NCBI RefSeq assembly: GCF_009914755.1 | Contig: NC_060937.1 | Origin: the human T2T-CHM13v2.0 reference genome, Homo sapiens | DNA length: 64,000 bases | Direction: 5' to 3' (one strand) | Shown here: piece after piece, positions 41,220-58,219 of the stretch | Layout: the number at the start of each line of letters is the position of its first letter | Position numbering within the stretch: the first letter of the stretch is position 1 | Program-made: the position numbers and the translations under genes | The notes under the pieces: generated by a model | The model's database searches: none | Told to the model about the DNA's origin: nothing | The model's input: only the letters and a program-made list of their open reading frames with translations

Positions 41220-42830
41220 ACTACCATATGCTGAGCACTGTTCTAGACAGTAAGGATGTGACCGTGAACTACTCTCATACCGCTTGTAATAACAAGATTG
41301 AAATTAAATATAATCTCAGATTGTAATAATGATTCCAAAGAAAAGAATTCTAGATAAGCTAATCATGATCAGACTAGAGTAGGGGCTGGTAAGTCCTCTT
41401 AGGAGGTATCATTTGAGTCAAGACATGAAGAATGTGGGATGGTGATCCAAGTGAATATTTGAGGAAGAGCATTTCAAGCAGAGGAAAGAGCAAATGAGAG
41501 ACCTCCTGGCAGGAATATTCTGCTGAATTTGAGAAAAAGCAAGGAAATCAGTAACACTATTATTCACTGACGTAAGAGTTGAATTTAAAAGTTAGCCTAG
41601 ATGGATCACTTGAGGTCAGGAATTCAAGACCAGCCTGGCCAACACAGTGAAACCCCCTCTCTACTAAAAATACAAAAATTAGCCAGGTGTGGTGGCAGGC
41701 AACTGTAGTGCCAATTACTCGGGACGTTGAGGTGGAAGAATTGCTTGAACAGGGGAGGCGGAGGTTGCAGTGAACCAAGATCATGCCACCGCACTCCAGC
41801 ATAGGCAGCAGAGCAAGACTCTGTCTCAAAAAAAAAAAAAAAAAAATACATAAAAGGTAGCCCAGGTAAGTCATAGAGAAATGTATATGCCACAGTAGGA
41901 TTTTGGATTTTATTTTAACTGTGATGGGAAGCCATTGCACACTTTTGAGTAGGGGAGTATCATGATCCAACTGTGTTTTAAAATGATCACTTTGGCTCCT
42001 AAGTGGGGAGCAGACCCTAGAGAATCAGGAGTGGATACAGGATGACCAGGTAAAGGCAGTCCCTATAGGGCAGGCAAGTGATGATGGTGGCTTAAAAGGG
42101 GAAGACGACACTTGGAAGTAGCTAAAAGTGGTTGGATTCATGATGAATTTAAAGTAGATTCAATATAACTGCTGATAGATTGTGAGTTGTGATAAATAAG
42201 AAAGATTATAAAGTTTTGGGCCTAAGTAACTGAGTAAATGGCAGTGCCATTTACTGAAATGGGGAAGACTAAATTAGCAATAAGTAAAAATAAAAGGAAC
42301 TATAAGGAGTTTAGTTAGAGATATGAATTAGATATTCACATGTAAATTTTGAGTAGACTATTGAATATGGTATGTATTCAAGAAAGAAGTCAAAAATGGA
42401 TCTTAATTGTGCATTATCTGAGAATAAAACATATTTGATTTATGAGGACTGAGTGAGATCCCTATAGGAATATGTTAAAATTGAAGAGAAAAGAGGGCCA
42501 GGATCTGAGCTCTAGGGGTCTCCAATATTTAGAGGTCAAGAAGATGAGGACGATGCAGGAAAACCATGGGAATGGTGGTGTCCTAGAGCCAAGTGAATAA
42601 AAGTGCCTCGAGAGAAAGAAGAACCTACTGTCATATGTTCAGTGGGGCTGAGTGAGATGAGGGCAGAGTGGACCACTGACATTTGGCAACATAAAAGCCA
42701 ATAGCAACACTGAGAGGAAAAGATTCAGTGGAGTCATGGGTACGAATGCCTTATTCACTGGAGTGAGTTCAAATGAGAGTGGCAGGGGTGAAAATAGGAA
42801 TGAAAAAGGTCATTAACATATTTTTGGGAG
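41220..42830 (-). mobile_element. L2 relic, interrupted by Alu
   Basis: tgctgagcactgttctagac, gaggaagagcatttcaagcagagg, ttttggattttattttaactgtgatgggaagccattg, aaatggcagtgccatttactgaaatgggg. Confidence 0.8.
41600..41846 (+). mobile_element. 5'-truncated AluS
   Basis: Begins at gatggatcacttgaggtcagg (A box missing); TSD taaaagttagcctag / taaaaggtagcccag. Confidence 0.9.
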
Positions 42831-43222
42831 AATTAAATAAGAAAACATATGCATTTAACTCAACACTTGGCCATTATAAAGTACTACTAAATAGTTGCCA
42901 TCATTATTTTTTTATCATTTTTACGGAGTCATCCCCTATCATTCAAATACTATATACTATATTAAAATTTGGCATAGCCAAAACAAAAGGAATAATTATG
43001 TATGTGTGCATATGCATATAAACATATACTATTTATTGAATACTTTTACCAAAAGAAAATTCATGTTTAATTATTTTGTTTTATCCTCACAACATTCTGT
43101 GGAGAAACAATATAGCCAAATGAGTTTTTCTCAGTTTTACAACGGATGAGGCTTAGGCTCACAGCTTATGCCTTGCCCAAATCACATATAAAGCCAGAAA
43201 TGAAACCAAGCTCTAATGACAC

Positions 43223-43597
43223 TGATATGGATTGGCTGTGTCTCCACCCAAATCTCATCTTAAATTGTAGTTCCCATAATCCCCACATGTCATTGGAGGG
43301 ACCCGGTGGGAGGTAATTGAATCATGGAGGCAGTTTCCCTCATCCCATTCTCGTGATAGTGAGTTAGTTCTCATGAGATCTGATGGTTTTATAAGGGGCT
43401 TTCCCCCCTTTTCTTGGCACTTCTCCTTGCTGCTGCCATGTGAAGAAGAATGTGTTTGCTTCCCCTTCCGCCATGCTTGTAAGTTTCCTGTGGCCTCCCC
43501 AGCCATGCTGAATGGTGAGTCAGTTAAGCCTCTTTCCTTTATAAATTACCCAGTTTCTGATATGTCTTTATTAGCAGCATGAGAATGAGCTAATACA
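43223..43597 (+). mobile_element. THE1C solo LTR (MaLR)
   Basis: tgatatggattggctgtgtctccacccaaatctcatct ... ttagcagcatgagaatgagctaataca; 5-bp TSD gacac/gccac. Confidence 0.92.
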
Positions 43598-44110
43598 GCC
43601 ACCTACCTCTTTTGTCTTCTCAGCAATGAAGAAGAGAAGTTCAATTATATCACCAAAGAGAAAAATCAAACAAGATCAATGAGAAGTAGACAATGTAAAT
43701 ATCTGACTTGAAGAATTAACACCCCAAAAACATTTTAATTCATAAATTATTTACACATGCACTGTTAGCCATCTTGTACAACTTGTTCTTTGTCGATATG
43801 GTCAAATTCCCTCCTCAAGTGAGAAAATGTTCTGCCTTAAAAACAGATTGAACTGTTTTCTTCATAGGAAATATGTAAAATAAAATAGAAAGAGGCAAAA
43901 CAGATCCTGGGGCATATATTTAACCAATCAATCAATGGCAACTACCTATGCCAAGTAATGTGTTAGGTAGTGTAGATAAAAGAGCAAACTCTCTTGGCAC
44001 CTATAGTCTAGTGAGAGACAGATACTGATCAAATGTGAAGTATTAATTTATTAATTTATAAATACATGGAGGAAACCAACAGAGTGCCATGGAAGAGAAA
44101 AACAGACATA

Positions 44111-44276
44111 AGCTAAGCATAGTGGAGTGTGCCTGTAGTCCCAGCTATCTGGGAGGCTGAGGCAGGAGGATCACTTGAGCCCAGGAGTTTGAAGCTGTAG
44201 TGTGCCATGACTGTGCCTATGAATAGCCACTGTACTCTAGCCTAAGTAATTATAGCAAGATCCCATCTCTAAAAAA
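44111..44276 (+). mobile_element. FAM (fossil Alu monomer)
   Basis: Monomer retaining the 7SL-like segment gtgcctatgaatagccactgtactctagcct. Confidence 0.8.
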
Positions 44277-46578
44277 GTTTTAAGAAAAAACAGGAACAAC
44301 ATGATCCAGTGTCACTGTGGTTGATATGTGTAAAAGAGATGCGAAAATATCTGTATCTTTCCACAAACCACATATAGTCCATTCCAGAAGTCTGAAAGAG
44401 ACTCTCAAAGAAAGACTCTTAAAAAAGGGATAAATTCAATAAGGTCCTTTAATAACAGTTACGAAAGAAGAATGGGGTTGAATTACTTTTTGCTTTTCCT
44501 TTCTTTTTATTTCAGGATCTAGAGCTGAGAATTTCTTTTAAGGATTCCATCTTTCTTGTTTCCAGATTAGTAAAAACAAGGAACAATGTGTTTCCTCTTC
44601 ATTTCCTTGTAAGAGAGTACTGAAGCCAAAGTGAAGTATTAAAAATAAGCATGAAACAATTAAAAAATGCTTCCAAGGTATGTTAGCTGCTTCCACAATC
44701 CATATGAATTCCTGCTTAATTCCTTCACAGAACCAATTTCCTATGTGCAAGAGACTAGAGCTCTTTGGAGTTGTAATCAATCCAAGTCCTTGGTACCTTC
44801 TGAGTTACAAACCATTCCCCATCAATGAGAGAATGTCTGGGATGCATTGTGTGACAATCTTCAAATTAGCTACTTCATACTCCATCTTTGTTAGATGCTA
44901 AACTAAACCTTCTTATTTACTCAGTCCTCCAACCCCAAAACTGCTTGCTACTTGTTTTTACCAACCCATGCCCCACTGTTCCCCACTTTCCTAAATCTTT
45001 CTTCTGCGTTCTCTGGAACCCCAATCTGATTAATCCTTACATATTCAGTCTCTCAAAACAATTCATCTTCTGCCTTAGTTAGAAATCAGAAGTTCCAACA
45101 GGAGGTCTGTGAACTGTTTCAAGGACTCAGTGAAATACTTTAAAAGATTTATTGTTTTCTTTTTGTTATTTTTAAATACGTCATTCTAAACTAAAAATTG
45201 TTACTATATTACAAGAATAATGCCTCACATCATGTGGCTGGCAAGATGGCAGAATAGGAACAGCTCCAGTCTGTAGCTCCCAGAAAGATCAACACAGAAG
45301 GTAGGTGATTTCTGCATTTCCAATTGAGGCACCCAGCTCATCTCACTGGGACTGGTTAGATAGTGGGTGCAGCCCACAGAGGATGAGCGGAAGCAGGGTG
45401 TGGCATCACCTCACCCAGGAAGCACAAGGGGTTGAGGAACTCCCTCACCTAGCCAAGGGAAGCCATGAGGGACGGTGCCATGAGGGACGGTGCTATCCAG
45501 CCCAGATACTAGGCTTTTCCCACAGTCTCCAAAACCTACAGACCAGAAGACTCCCTTGGGTACCTACACCACCAGGGCCCCGGGTTTAAACCACGAAATT
45601 GGGCAGCCATTTGGGCAGACACCGAGCAAGCTGCAGGAGGTTTTTTTTTTTTTGTACCCCAGTGGCACCTGGAACACCAGCAAGACAGAACCGATCACTC
45701 CCCTGGAAAGGGGGCTAAAGCCAGGGAGCCAAGAGATCCTGCTTAGCGGATCCCACCCCCACGAAGCCCAGCAAGTGAAGATCCACTGGCTTGAAATTCT
45801 TGATGCCAGCACAGAAATCTGAAGTCAACCTGAGATGCTCAAGCTTGGTGGCAGGAGGGGCGTCCACCATTACTGAGCCTTGAGTAGGCAGTTTTCCCCT
45901 CACAGTGTAAACAAAGCTGCTGGGAAGTTCAAACTGGGTGGAACCCACCGCAGCCTGGCAAAGCCACTGTAGCCAGACTGCCTCTGTAAATTCCTCCTCT
46001 CTGGGCAGGGCATCTCTGAAAGAAAGGCGGCAGCCCCAGTCAGGGGCTTAGGGATAAAACTCCCATCTCCCTGGGACAGAGCACCTGGGGGAAGGGGCAA
46101 CTGTGGGCACAGCTTCAGCAGACTTAAATGTTCCTGCATGCCGGCTCTGAAGAGAGCAGTGGATCTCCCAGCACAGTGCTTGAGCTCTGCTAAGGGACAG
46201 ACTGCCTCCTCAAGTGGGTCCCTGACCCCCGTGGCTCCTGACTGCAAGACACCTCCCAGCAGGGGTCGACAGATACCTCATACAGGAGCGATCTGGCCGG
46301 CATCAGGTGGGTGCCCCTCTGGGATGGAGCTTCCAGAGGAAGGAGCAGGTGGCAATCTTTGCTGTTCTGCAGCTTCCACTTGTGATACCCAGGCAAAAAG
46401 GATCTGGAGTGGACCTCCAGCAAACTCCAGCACACCTGCAGAAAAGGGGACTGACTGTTAGAAGGAAAACTAACAAACAGAAAGCAATAACATCAACATC
46501 AACAAAAAGGATGCCCATGAAAAAACCCCATCCAAAGATCACCAGCATCAAAGATCAAAGGTAGATAAATCCACAAAG

Positions 46579-47590
46579 ATGAGGTAAAACTAGTGCAAAA
46601 AGGATGAAAATTCCAAAAACCAGAATGCCTCTTCTCCAAAGGATCAAAACTCACCAGCAAGGGATGAAAACTGGATGGAGACTGAGTTTGATGAATTGAC
46701 AGAAGTAGGCTTCAGAAGGTGGGCAATAACAAACTGCTCAGAGCTAAAGGAGCATGTTCTAACCCAATGCAAGGAAGCTGAGAACCTTGGTAAAAGGTTA
46801 CAGGAACTGTTAACTAGAATAACTAGTTTAGAGAGGAACATAAATGACCTGATGGTGCTGAAAAACACAGTGCAAGAACTTCGTGAAGCATACACAAGTA
46901 TCAATAGCCAAATTGATCAAGCAGAAGAAAGGGTATCAGAGATTGAAGATCAACTTAATGAAATAAAGTGTGAAGAGAAGATTAAAGAAAAAAAGAATGA
47001 AAAGGAATGAACAAAGCCTTCAAGAAATATGGGACTATGTGAAAAGACCAAATCTACCTTTGATTGGTATACCTGAAAGTGACAGGGAGAATGGAACCAA
47101 GTTGGAAAACACCCTTCAGGATATTATCCAATAGAACTTCCCCAACCTAGCAAGACAGGCCAACATTCAAATTCAGGAAATACAGAGAACACCACAAATA
47201 TACTCCTCAAGAAGAGCAACCCCAAGACACAAAATTGTCAGATTTACCAAGGTTGAAATGAAGGAAAAAATGTTAAGGGCAGTCAGAGAGAAAGGTCAGG
47301 TTACCTACAAAGGGAAGCCTGTGTAACAGTGGATCACTCTGCGGAAACTCTACAAGGCAGAAGAGAGTGGGGGCCAATATTCAACATTCTTAAAGAATTT
47401 TCAACCCAGAATTTCATATCCAGACAAACTAAGCTTCATAAGCAAAGGAGAAATAAAATCCTTTACAGATAAGCAAATGATGAGGGATTTTGTCACCACC
47501 AGGCCTGCTTTACAAGAGCTCCTGAAGGAAGCACTAAATATGGAAAGGAAAAACCAGTACCAGTCACTGCAAAAACATATCAAATTGCAA
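46579..47590 (+). pseudogene. L1 ORF1p (RNA chaperone), disrupted
   Basis: ORF 46675-47010 METEFDELTEVGFRRW...QAEERVSEIEDQLNEIK is the ORF1p coiled coil; stop codon right after the ATG at 46579 and frameshifts downstream. Confidence 0.9.
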
Positions 47591-47650
47591 AGACCATCAA
47601 TACTATGAAGAAACTGCATCAACTAACGGGCAAAATTACCAGTTAGCATC

Positions 47651-51472
<3,822 letters not shown>

Positions 51473-52578
51473 ACAATGAGAACATGTGAACACAGGAAGG
51501 GGAACATCACACACCGGGGCCTGTCGAGGGCTGGGGGGCTAGGGGAGGGATAGCATTAGGAAAAATACCTAATGTAGATGAGGGGTTGATGGGTGCAGCA
51601 AACCACCATGGCACATGTCTACCTATGTAACAAACCTGCATGTTCTGCACAAGTATTCCAGAACTTAAAGTGTAATTCTAAAAAAAAAAGAAAAAAAAAG
51701 AATACTGCCTCACATCAAATGGTCTATGTTACTTAGTATATATGATCAAGTAACATGCAGTCATCATCAAAACTGTATTACAATGTTTAGAAGAGTTTCC
51801 TATTGACAAAATAAATAAAATGTTTCTGCTTTATGATTAAATAAATCCATCATTGTTTATGCATGATTAAGTTGCAAAAAGTTTCAGAGGTTATAAAGGT
51901 TTTAAAGATGCTTCTATATCCTTTGGTTTTGCTTTTATCTTTGAAATTGGATACAAAAGCCACAATCTTTGCTGTGTTGGAAGATGTATAGGAATAGAAA
52001 CATGAAACCCACAAACATAAAGGTTTACCTTGAAGTGGTAGACTTTTTAAAAATGAGAACACTTGAATTAGAAATACTGAAAGCTTACCAAAAGTTTGTC
52101 AAACCGGGAATCAAGACCTATTGTGTCGCTCATCCTTGACCCCACATCTACTCACTTTCCAACTCCTATGTAGCAAATCCCCTAAATACCTCTCAAATTT
52201 ATTCACTTGTCTCCATACCTACAGCCATCAATCACTCTCGTCAAAGTCAATGCTGTCTATTAACTGGTTCTTAAAATTGCTACATTCTTTTCTGTGCCTC
52301 GGCTTTTACTCCTTACTATCCTAAATTCTATATTCAGGCAGGGTGATTCTTGTATTGGAGACAAAGAGAGAGCACATAGACCAAGGTGTTTTGGAAACAG
52401 TCGGCCCTCCCTATCTGCAGGTTCCACATCTGCAGCTCTAACCAACTGCAGATCAAAAATACTGGGAAGAAGTATATAAAAACAAAATAATACAAATAAG
52501 AAACAACACAGTATAACAATGATTTACATAGCATTTACATTGTATTAGATATAAGTACTCTAGAAATGATTTGAAGTA

Positions 52579-53137
52579 TTGTTTGACACTTGAACAACAT
52601 GAGGGTTAGGGATGCCAATCTCCCCCGCACACAGTCAAAAATCTGTGTTTAACTTTTGAGTTCCCAAAAACTTACCTATTATCCAATTGTTGACAGGAAG
52701 CCTTACTGATAATACAGTCAATTAACACATATTTTGCACGTCATATATATTATATACTGTATTCCTACAATGAAGTAAGCTAGAGAAAATGTTAACAAAA
52801 TTATAAAGAATAAAACACATATTTTATATACTTTTTTAGAGAGAGAGTTCTCACTATCTTTGCAAGGCTGGACTCGAATTTCTGGGCTCAAGCAATCCTT
52901 CTGTCTCTGCCTCCTGAGTAGCTGGGACTACAGGCACTTGCTACCACACCCAGCTCCTATATTTATTATTTATTAAGTGGAAGTGGATCATCTTCATCCT
53001 TCTCATCTTCAGGTGGAGTAGGCTGAGGAGGAGCAGGGAGAAGAGGGTTGGGTGTTGCTGTCTCAGGGGTGGCAGAGGCAGAAGAAAGTATAAGTGAACC
53101 CATGCAGTTCAAACCCATATTGTTCAAGTATCAGCTG
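52579..53137. mobile_element. Tigger2a/MER28-type element inside MER2
   Basis: Termini ttgacacttgaacaacatgagggttaggg ... ttgttcaagtatcagctg followed by TA. Confidence 0.8.
52832..52955 (-). mobile_element. FLAM monomer inside the Tigger2 element
   Basis: gggctcaagcaatccttctgtctctgcctcctgagtagctgggactacaggc. Confidence 0.85.
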
Positions 53138-53693
53138 TAAACAGGAGGGCGTGTATAGGTTATATGCAAATATTAAACCACTTTATATGAGGGACTTGGG
53201 CATCCATGAATTTTGGCATTTAGAGGTTCCTGGAACCAATCCCTCGAGGATACTGAGGGATAACTGTTTAAAAATTCTGAGAGAGGTGTGATGGAGAGGA
53301 CACTGTATTGAGGTGGAATAAAAGCTTAAAAATCACTTTGTTTAGCTTATGGAAGACTAAATTTCTTGGAGCTAATTTGTAGTGTAATTGCAAGTAAGAT
53401 AATGTAGTGAAGAAATTTGGGGATGTCTTTGGGCAATGAGAGTTTGTTGACTTGTTTTTTTCTAATGCTAGGGAATTTTAATTTGTCATCTCTCTGACCA
53501 AAGAAAGGAGTAGTTCTTTTGTTTTCTTTGGGTTCAGCATTCATGGGGTAAGAGAGGTTCTCATTTGAGGCAGAACAGACCACAGATTGCATCAACCCAT
53601 GGGATGGCTGGAGTCAAGAGAAGAAACCAGCAAGGAACCCCTTGTGACAGATAATGACAAATTAACTGAGTTCTGAGTTTTCTTTTTCTGCTT

Positions 53694-54488
53694 TGTAATA
53701 CTCTTTTGCAAGCCCCCAGCTAAATTGGGGTTCTGGTACCAGAACCGCTAGCAATCCTGCTCTAACAGGAAAAAAAAAAATGTGGAGCTGAAAATTGGTG
53801 TTTCCAGAGTGGCTTTTGCAAGACCCTTTTATTAGCTGGCAGACGGCCTTGTGCCTAGTTGTTCGACCCAAGATCAGGGAGGCCCTCACATGGGAAACTT
53901 GTTTATCCTGGCAGATGCCCTTGTGGCTCTTGTCTGACCTGTGTCCAGTCTATGCCTGCCTGACCATTGCTCTGGCACTGGGAGCTCACTTTTGTGTTCT
54001 CCCTGGCATCCTGAGGAAAATGGCCTGGGGCAGCCTGTGGATCTTCAGATGGAAGGTGCAAATTCAATACACCATCACAGTAGGAAACAAGTTCAAAGAT
54101 TTTTACTCACAGATCCTGGGAAGAGAGGGTGTAATGAGTGGAGAGGTCAGTCCTCCATCTCCCGTGAGGCAGGAATGAAGAGTCAGGCAGAGAAAGAGCG
54201 AGCGTGTGTGGCCACTGGCAGTATGTAGAAAGGAATAGAATGTAGGTCACTTTAACTTTGCAGCAAATGCCTGAATGGCTTGTTTAAAGGAAGCGGAAAA
54301 GCAGGGATCCCAGCCTGCTAGGTGGGAGAGATGCTTCTAGGTTCTTATCTCTGGCCACTGGCTTGAGCCAGCTGGGTGTGGTGTAGAACTAGAAAACTGT
54401 CAAGGGCCACTGAGCCCTGCTTCTGGTATGATAAAGTTGTATTCAAAATTAATGCTGAGCCAACATAGAATTATAAGAATTTACTACT
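53694..54488 (-). mobile_element. MER54 ERVL solo LTR
   Basis: Minus strand begins gtagtaaattcttataattctatgttgg...cataccagaagcagggctcag...ggccagagataagaacctag, matching MER54. Confidence 0.8.
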
Positions 54489-54744
54489 ATGAGAGCCTCA
54501 CATGTTTAGTAAAACATGTTAGTATAGCCTTAGAGAAGGAAATAAATGGGCTTTATTTATGCTTGAGGCAAAGCAGTGCAGGGAGAGGACAGCGGCTTGC
54601 AGCGTGGTGATAGCAAGGCCAGAAGTATTCATGAGGAGCCTTAAGCAGTAGTTAGGAATGAACAGTGAAGGAAAATAACCCAGGAAACATACGCCCTCTT
54701 TTTGTGTGAGATCCTCACACAAAATTTTGTACTCTACACAGATG

Positions 54745-55130
54745 GAACATTCATTCAGCAAATCTATATTTTCAGTGCCTAACACTGTTCTAGATGCTGC
54801 GGGTAACAGATGTGAACAAAACTGACCATGTCCCAGCCTCTGTGGAGCATAGGGCCCTGTGCAAGAGAGAGACAATAAACAAGCACAGATTATGTCACAT
54901 GGTAAGAAATGTAATGGAGAAAACAAAGTAAGGTGCAGGGGATAGCAGCTACTGAGGGGAAGGCTTGGTAACGTTTTGTAAAGGAGATCGGGGGACCTCT
55001 CTAAGAAGATAACATTTGAGCAGAGATTTGAAGGAAGTTGTGAGTGATCTATACAGATGTCTGAGAGAAGAATGTTCCAGGCAAAGGGAACAAGTGAAAA
55101 GACTTGAGACTAGAGTGTGCCTGATATTTT
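54745..55130 (-). mobile_element. L2 3' end
   Basis: cattcattcagcaaat...actgttctagatgctg...aacatttgagcagagatttgaagga...gaatgttccaggcaaaggga. Confidence 0.8.
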
Positions 55131-56812
55131 TGATAGCTTTGGGAATAAAAAAGCATCCATATGTCTCTGTGAATCATTGCTGTCGCCATTGGTATGTGTT
55201 GGCATCAAATCTTGTTTTCCACTGAGAAAATCATTAACTTCATCAAATACCAAACATGATTGAAACCAGTTTTTCCTGAGGTTTCATCAAGAAATGAAAG
55301 CAGAATGTAAAACTTTTTAACAACTATACCAGATTTTCTGATTTTCCACGAGGTAAATCTTGATGCATCTAATTAAATTCTGGGCAGATATTTCATTTTG
55401 TTTTCAAAGAGAGAGAAAATGAAAGACAATTCTAAGCAGTTTAATTTACAGTCTCCCTCTCCATTCCAAGTTCTGCCATTATTCCCAGAAAGTTGAGCAT
55501 ATAGATGGACAATACATCCAAAATCTGGCCTCAAACATTACTTTATTTTCATAATTTCAATGAATTTCCCACCATTCTAGTTCTGCTCTCCACATCCCAT
55601 GGAGCAGGCCTGGTCTTTTTTCATCACTTGAAATGCTCGTGTCTGGTTTCTTAAACAAAAATATTGCTATCTGATAACCACAAGTCCTATCCTTCCAGCT
55701 GTCTCACTTGGCTACTTACACAATGCCTGTAGCTAAAAAGTAGCTCAATGGTTACAGCAAGTGCTCTAGCATCAGATGCCCTAGGCTAAGAGCAATTCTG
55801 CCATGTTCAGAATGTGTGAACACAAGCAAGTTTCCAAATCTTGCTAAGCATCTGTTTTTCCTGTGAAAATAATAGTTGTCATTGGGAGGATAATATAAAC
55901 TATAACATTTAGCACGACAGCACTGACAAAACATGCAATATATCACACTCCTTTTTATTATTACTTGACCTCATCAAGACATCTAGTTACTTCATTCTTC
56001 CACTTTCTTCTTTATTAGCCAGTTTTTAAACTCTCTTCCCCTCACTCACCCTGCACCCCAGTCTTAGACAATTTGGACATTCACTTTAGTCTCCCTCCTG
56101 CCAGTGTTCTCAAATCCCACCTCACTGTCCCACTGTACTTCCAATGCATTCTGTCTGTAAAACCCCAGTCCTAGGCTGCCACCAAATAATAAATAAATAT
56201 AAAATTGTAAACTGAATACCTCTGGGTATACTGTCCTTAGGACAGTGTAAGTGTTTAGTAAGTAGAATGAATGGATGGATGCTACCATAAATCCAAGGCC
56301 TGTATCCTTGAGGAGAACCTCAGAGCTACCCACCAGCTTTATTTCCTAGTCATCTCTCTCCTTTTTTTTCAAAGTAGTTACTTGGCTGCCATTCTTCTCA
56401 AACTCCAAGCCCTGCCACCTGACTTCTCAGGGACTGCAATCTGTGTCTTCCTCCCACTCCTGTATTCCTTCTCTACTGGATCTTCTCTATCAGCCTTGAA
56501 TCATCCATGAGTCTCTCCCCTGCCCACATGAAAACAAAACAGCACGTCCAAGCATCTTTTCTCCTCAGATCCTCTCCAGTTACTGCCCTATTTCTCTTCT
56601 GCTTTTTCCACGGAAATTCCTTGAAAGTATTATTTATAGTCACAGTCGATACTTTCTTATTTCCCACTTACCCCATGGTATGTTTGCATTCTCACCCATA
56701 ACTGAAACTTCTTTTGTCAATGTTATTTGTTGCAATGGAAGTTTGGCATTTTGGCAACAATTGACATTTTAACCTCTAGATATTTTTTTCTTGAATGTTT
56801 ATTCCCTTGAGA

Positions 56813-57620
56813 TTTTTTAAATAACAGTTTTATTGAGATGTAATTCACATGCCGTAAAGTTCACCCTTTTAAAGAATACAATTCAGTGAGTTTTAGTATA
56901 TTCACAAAGTTGTGTATCCATGACCACTAATTCCAGAATACTTTATTACCCTAGAAAGTAACCCTGTACCCATTATCAGTCACTCCCTGTTGTCCTCTCC
57001 CCTGAAAAACATTAACCCTCTTTCTGTCTCTGTAGATTTGTCTGTTTTGGACACTTCATGTAAATGGAATCATATAATATGTGGCCTTTTATATTTGGCC
57101 TCTTTAGCTTAGCATGTTTTGAAGATTTGCCCATATTGTATTATATATCAAAACTTTATTTCTTTTTATGGCTGAATGATATTCTATTGCATGGATATAT
57201 CACATATTGTTTATCAGTTCATCAATTGATGGGCATTTGAGTTGTTTCCACTTTTTGACTATCATGAACGATACTGCTATGAACATTCACATACAAGTTT
57301 TTATGTAGATATGTTTTCAATTCTCTTTGGGTATATACCTAGGCTTGGAATTGTTGAATCATATGGTCAATCCATGTTTAACTTTTTGAGGAACTGCCAA
57401 ACTGTTTTCTGAAGTGGCTACACCAGCAATGCAAGAGGGTTCAAATTTCACTACATGCTTGCCAAAACTTGCTACTGTCTATCTTTTAAATTATGGCCAT
57501 TCTAGTGGATGTGACATGGTATCTCATTGTGGTTTGGAGTACCCTAATGACTAATGATGTAGAATATCTGTCATGTGCTTACCAGCCATCTCTATGTCTT
57601 CTTTGAAGAAATGTTTATTC
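56813..57620 (-). mobile_element. L1MB7/8-like 3' end within a sense L2
   Basis: aacagttttattgagatgtaattcacat...ttttagtatattcacaaagttgtg...tgtaaatggaatcatataatatgtgg...tttttgaggaactgccaaactgtttt. Confidence 0.85.
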
Positions 57621-58219
57621 TTCCCTGATTTTTGAGATCACATTCTATTGGTTTTCCTCTGTCTCCTGTATGGGTTCCTAGTCTTCTGTCCTTGCTTTAA
57701 ATATTGAAGTTCCTCATTATTCTGCCCCAGATCCTATCCCAGGATGATCTCATCCATGTTCAGGCATTTGTTAAAATCTAAAAGTCAATTATTTCTAATT
57801 CTCCAGTTCGGTTCTCTCTTTTAATATCCAGATGGATATCAAACTATTTACTGAACATGTTTAAACTTGAATGTATTGTTCTCCACCAAACCCCAACCCT
57901 TTTTTCCTAGGATGAATGGTCCAATCATTCAGCAAAACACCCAAGCTCAAATTCTAGCTATCCTCCTTTTCCCTTTTCATCAACCGTACATCTAAAGTGA
58001 CCAAATCCACCCTATTCAACCTCTTAAATTGTCCTTAAATAGGGTTTTCTGACCTTTTCTTAATTAGCAATCACCTATATCAGCCCTGTTCATTAATTAT
58101 CTGAACTTCCAGCAATGGCTTCTCTACTCTATTCCCAACCGGTCTTCTCATATCAAATGTTTTATCCTTTCAGGCAACACCCCTCATAATCTTCATATGA
58201 ACAGCATGAAAAAAGCTGA

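Larger units (their letters stand above)
52398..53266. mobile_element. MER2 (Tigger-family MITE), host of nested insertions
   Basis: TIRs cagtcggccctccctatc ... gatactgagggataactg; body interrupted at the TA at ~52577. Confidence 0.85.

Noticed and set aside
45305-46564. Cluster of overlapping ORFs
   Set aside because: GC-richer L1 5' UTR gives chance ORFs; the gccatgagggacggt doublet resembles the subfamily consensus.
51525-51552. G-quadruplex-like run
   Set aside because: Ordinary G-rich tract of the L1 3' UTR.
53795-54228. 127-aa and 95-aa ORFs
   Set aside because: They lie within the MER54 LTR with no protein-family similarity.
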